Source: Escherichia phage HK6
Sequence record: PP724615.1
DNA length: 64,000 nt
Reading direction: 5' to 3' (one strand)
This document shows, one piece after another, positions 62,947 through 64,000 of this stretch. How positions within the stretch are numbered: the first letter of the stretch is position 1; every line of letters begins with the position of its first letter. A model generated the notes under the pieces. It was not told the DNA's origin, did no database searches, and was given only the letters and a program-made list of their open reading frames with translations. The position numbers and the translations under genes were made by a program.

Positions 62947-64000
62947 TTAGGTAAGGCGTTGAATTGTTATTTTTACATTAGGTAAGCAAGCTTTTAGCCC
63001 AGTTACATTACTAACAGAAGCATTTAACCATACGCTAACATTACCATTACCATCATTTTTTAAATAATAAGTTATAGTATAGTATCCAGTTTGTGCATTA
63101 CCACCATACAAGCTAGATACCCAGAAAGCTGTAGGAGTAAACATAGCACCACCACCACCAGTAGCATTAACCGCGGTTCCTTTGATAGTCATAAAAGGAA
63201 CATACTTTCCTGATGGTAACGATAAAATTTGGTGAAGTTTTTTACTAACTGCATTACTAGTAATTCTAAGACGACTATCGCCTGTGGTTGCTCCTCTATT
63301 GAGAATCTCGTTAGGATTAAAACATCCAATACCACCCGCGGATAACCAAGTATCATCTAAGAATTCCATAGTACATACAATAGCCCCGTCTCTAGCGCTC
63401 TGTATACCTAATCCCATAGTAGTTAAATGAACTGAACCCCCGCTATTAAATACAACATTCCCTGATAGTGTTGCAGATGCACTCCCAGATATTAAACGTA
63501 AAGGTATGTTACTCTCACTCCATACATCACCATATTTATTACCTATTTTTGGTGGAGTACTTTGTACATACCAGGAACTAGAAGGCATAAAACTATAAAT
63601 ACTAACAGTACTATTAGTTAACCCACTAATATTACCACCTTTGAATAGGGGAACATTACTTCCGTTAGTAACAGGTACTGCAAAGGTAGCTATACCGTTT
63701 ACTCCAGTAGAGGCAGAACCACTACTAACATTATTACCAATATTTCGTATATCGGCCCTACTGCCGGGGTTATACCCAGGTTGAACGAAATTTATAAATT
63801 TCCAAGAAGTGGTAGATAGATTAACTCCACGAATGGTAAAATCAGTAGGACTTATTTTTATATCAGACCCTTTAAATAGGTCAGTACCTACAGTAAAGCC
63901 ACTACCAGTATACCTTAGATTAGTAACGTACCATGTAACTTTTTTAGGTGTTACACCTAAACTTTCACTATATATCCCTATAGGACCACCAGGACCATTA
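62947..64000 (-). CDS. large tail fiber / receptor-binding-like protein, 5'-truncated by window edge
   Basis: The frame is open from 62947 to the window end (no stops). The C-terminal 213 aa are Gly/Ser/Thr/Asn-rich, beta-type fiber-like. Confidence 0.5.
   Translation of the reverse strand, partial: NGPGGPIGIYSESLGVTPKKVTWYVTNLRYTGSGFTVGTDLFKGSDIKISPTDFTIRGVNLSTTSWKFINFVQPGYNPGSRADIRNIGNNVSSGSASTGVNGIATFAVPVTNGSNVPLFKGGNISGLTNSTVSIYSFMPSSSWYVQSTPPKIGNKYGDVWSESNIPLRLISGSASATLSGNVVFNSGGSVHLTTMGLGIQSARDGAIVCTMEFLDDTWLSAGGIGCFNPNEILNRGATTGDSRLRITSNAVSKKLHQILSLPSGKYVPFMTIKGTAVNATGGGGAMFTPTAFWVSSLYGGNAQTGYYTITYYLKNDGNGNVSVWLNASVSNVTGLKACLPNVKITIQRLT

Noticed and set aside
1-64000. tRNA genes / CRISPR arrays / IS elements
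   Set aside because: No GTTCGAATC-type T-loops in a cloverleaf context were found, and there are no direct-repeat/spacer arrays or transposase ORFs. The T5 tRNA cluster evidently lies outside this window.

Overview
This 64-kb window reads as a contiguous segment of a T5-like (Demerecviridae/Tequintavirus-type) virulent coliphage genome. The identification rests on gene order and on product sizes that match T5 closely: DNA polymerase 855 aa, flap endonuclease 291 aa, pb3 949 aa, pb9 204 aa, pb6 463 aa, pb8 458 aa, p132 140 aa. No database search was possible, so all calls come from motifs, size and synteny read directly from the sequence.

There are three blocks:
(1) 118-10820, minus strand: an early nucleotide-metabolism operon (PhoH, NrdA, NrdB, DHFR, ThyA, RNase H, a NADAR-domain protein, a DnaQ-like exonuclease and small hypotheticals). 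It is driven from a divergent promoter region at 10821-11163.
(2) 11164-38830, plus strand: the early replication/recombination cluster. It holds anaerobic RNR NrdD, a SIR2-like protein, a HAD phosphatase, an origin-binding-type SF2 helicase preceded by a ~500-nt structured leader, a split NAD-ligase (A and B), a DnaB-like helicase, primase, DNA polymerase, a D10-like helicase, an SSB-like protein, an HNH-AP2 homing endonuclease, SbcD/SbcC-like proteins, flap endonuclease and dUTPase.
(3) 39352-64000, minus strand: the late morphogenesis module. Reading in the direction of transcription it runs from a partial large fiber-like ORF and the terminase subunits, through an HNH endonuclease, portal, decoration protein, protease, major capsid protein, head completion, tail completion, tail terminator, major tail tube protein, chaperones, tape measure, Dit, pb3, pb4 and collar, to an Ala-rich repetitive L-shaped tail fiber.

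The early genes are served by a family of promoters of the form TTGCTT/TTGCTA-N17-TATAAT, each followed by a conserved 'ATAAATTTGAGAGG' leader box.

The most interesting items are:
- an unannotated Gly-rich 54-aa ORF isolated between two terminators at the early/late convergence point;
- a NADAR-domain protein that is a candidate anti-DarT factor;
- a SIR2-like protein;
- a protein built from four sigma-region-4-like HTH repeats with strong codon bias;
- the long purine-rich structured leader, or possible origin, upstream of the origin-binding helicase.

No tRNA, rRNA or CRISPR array was found.
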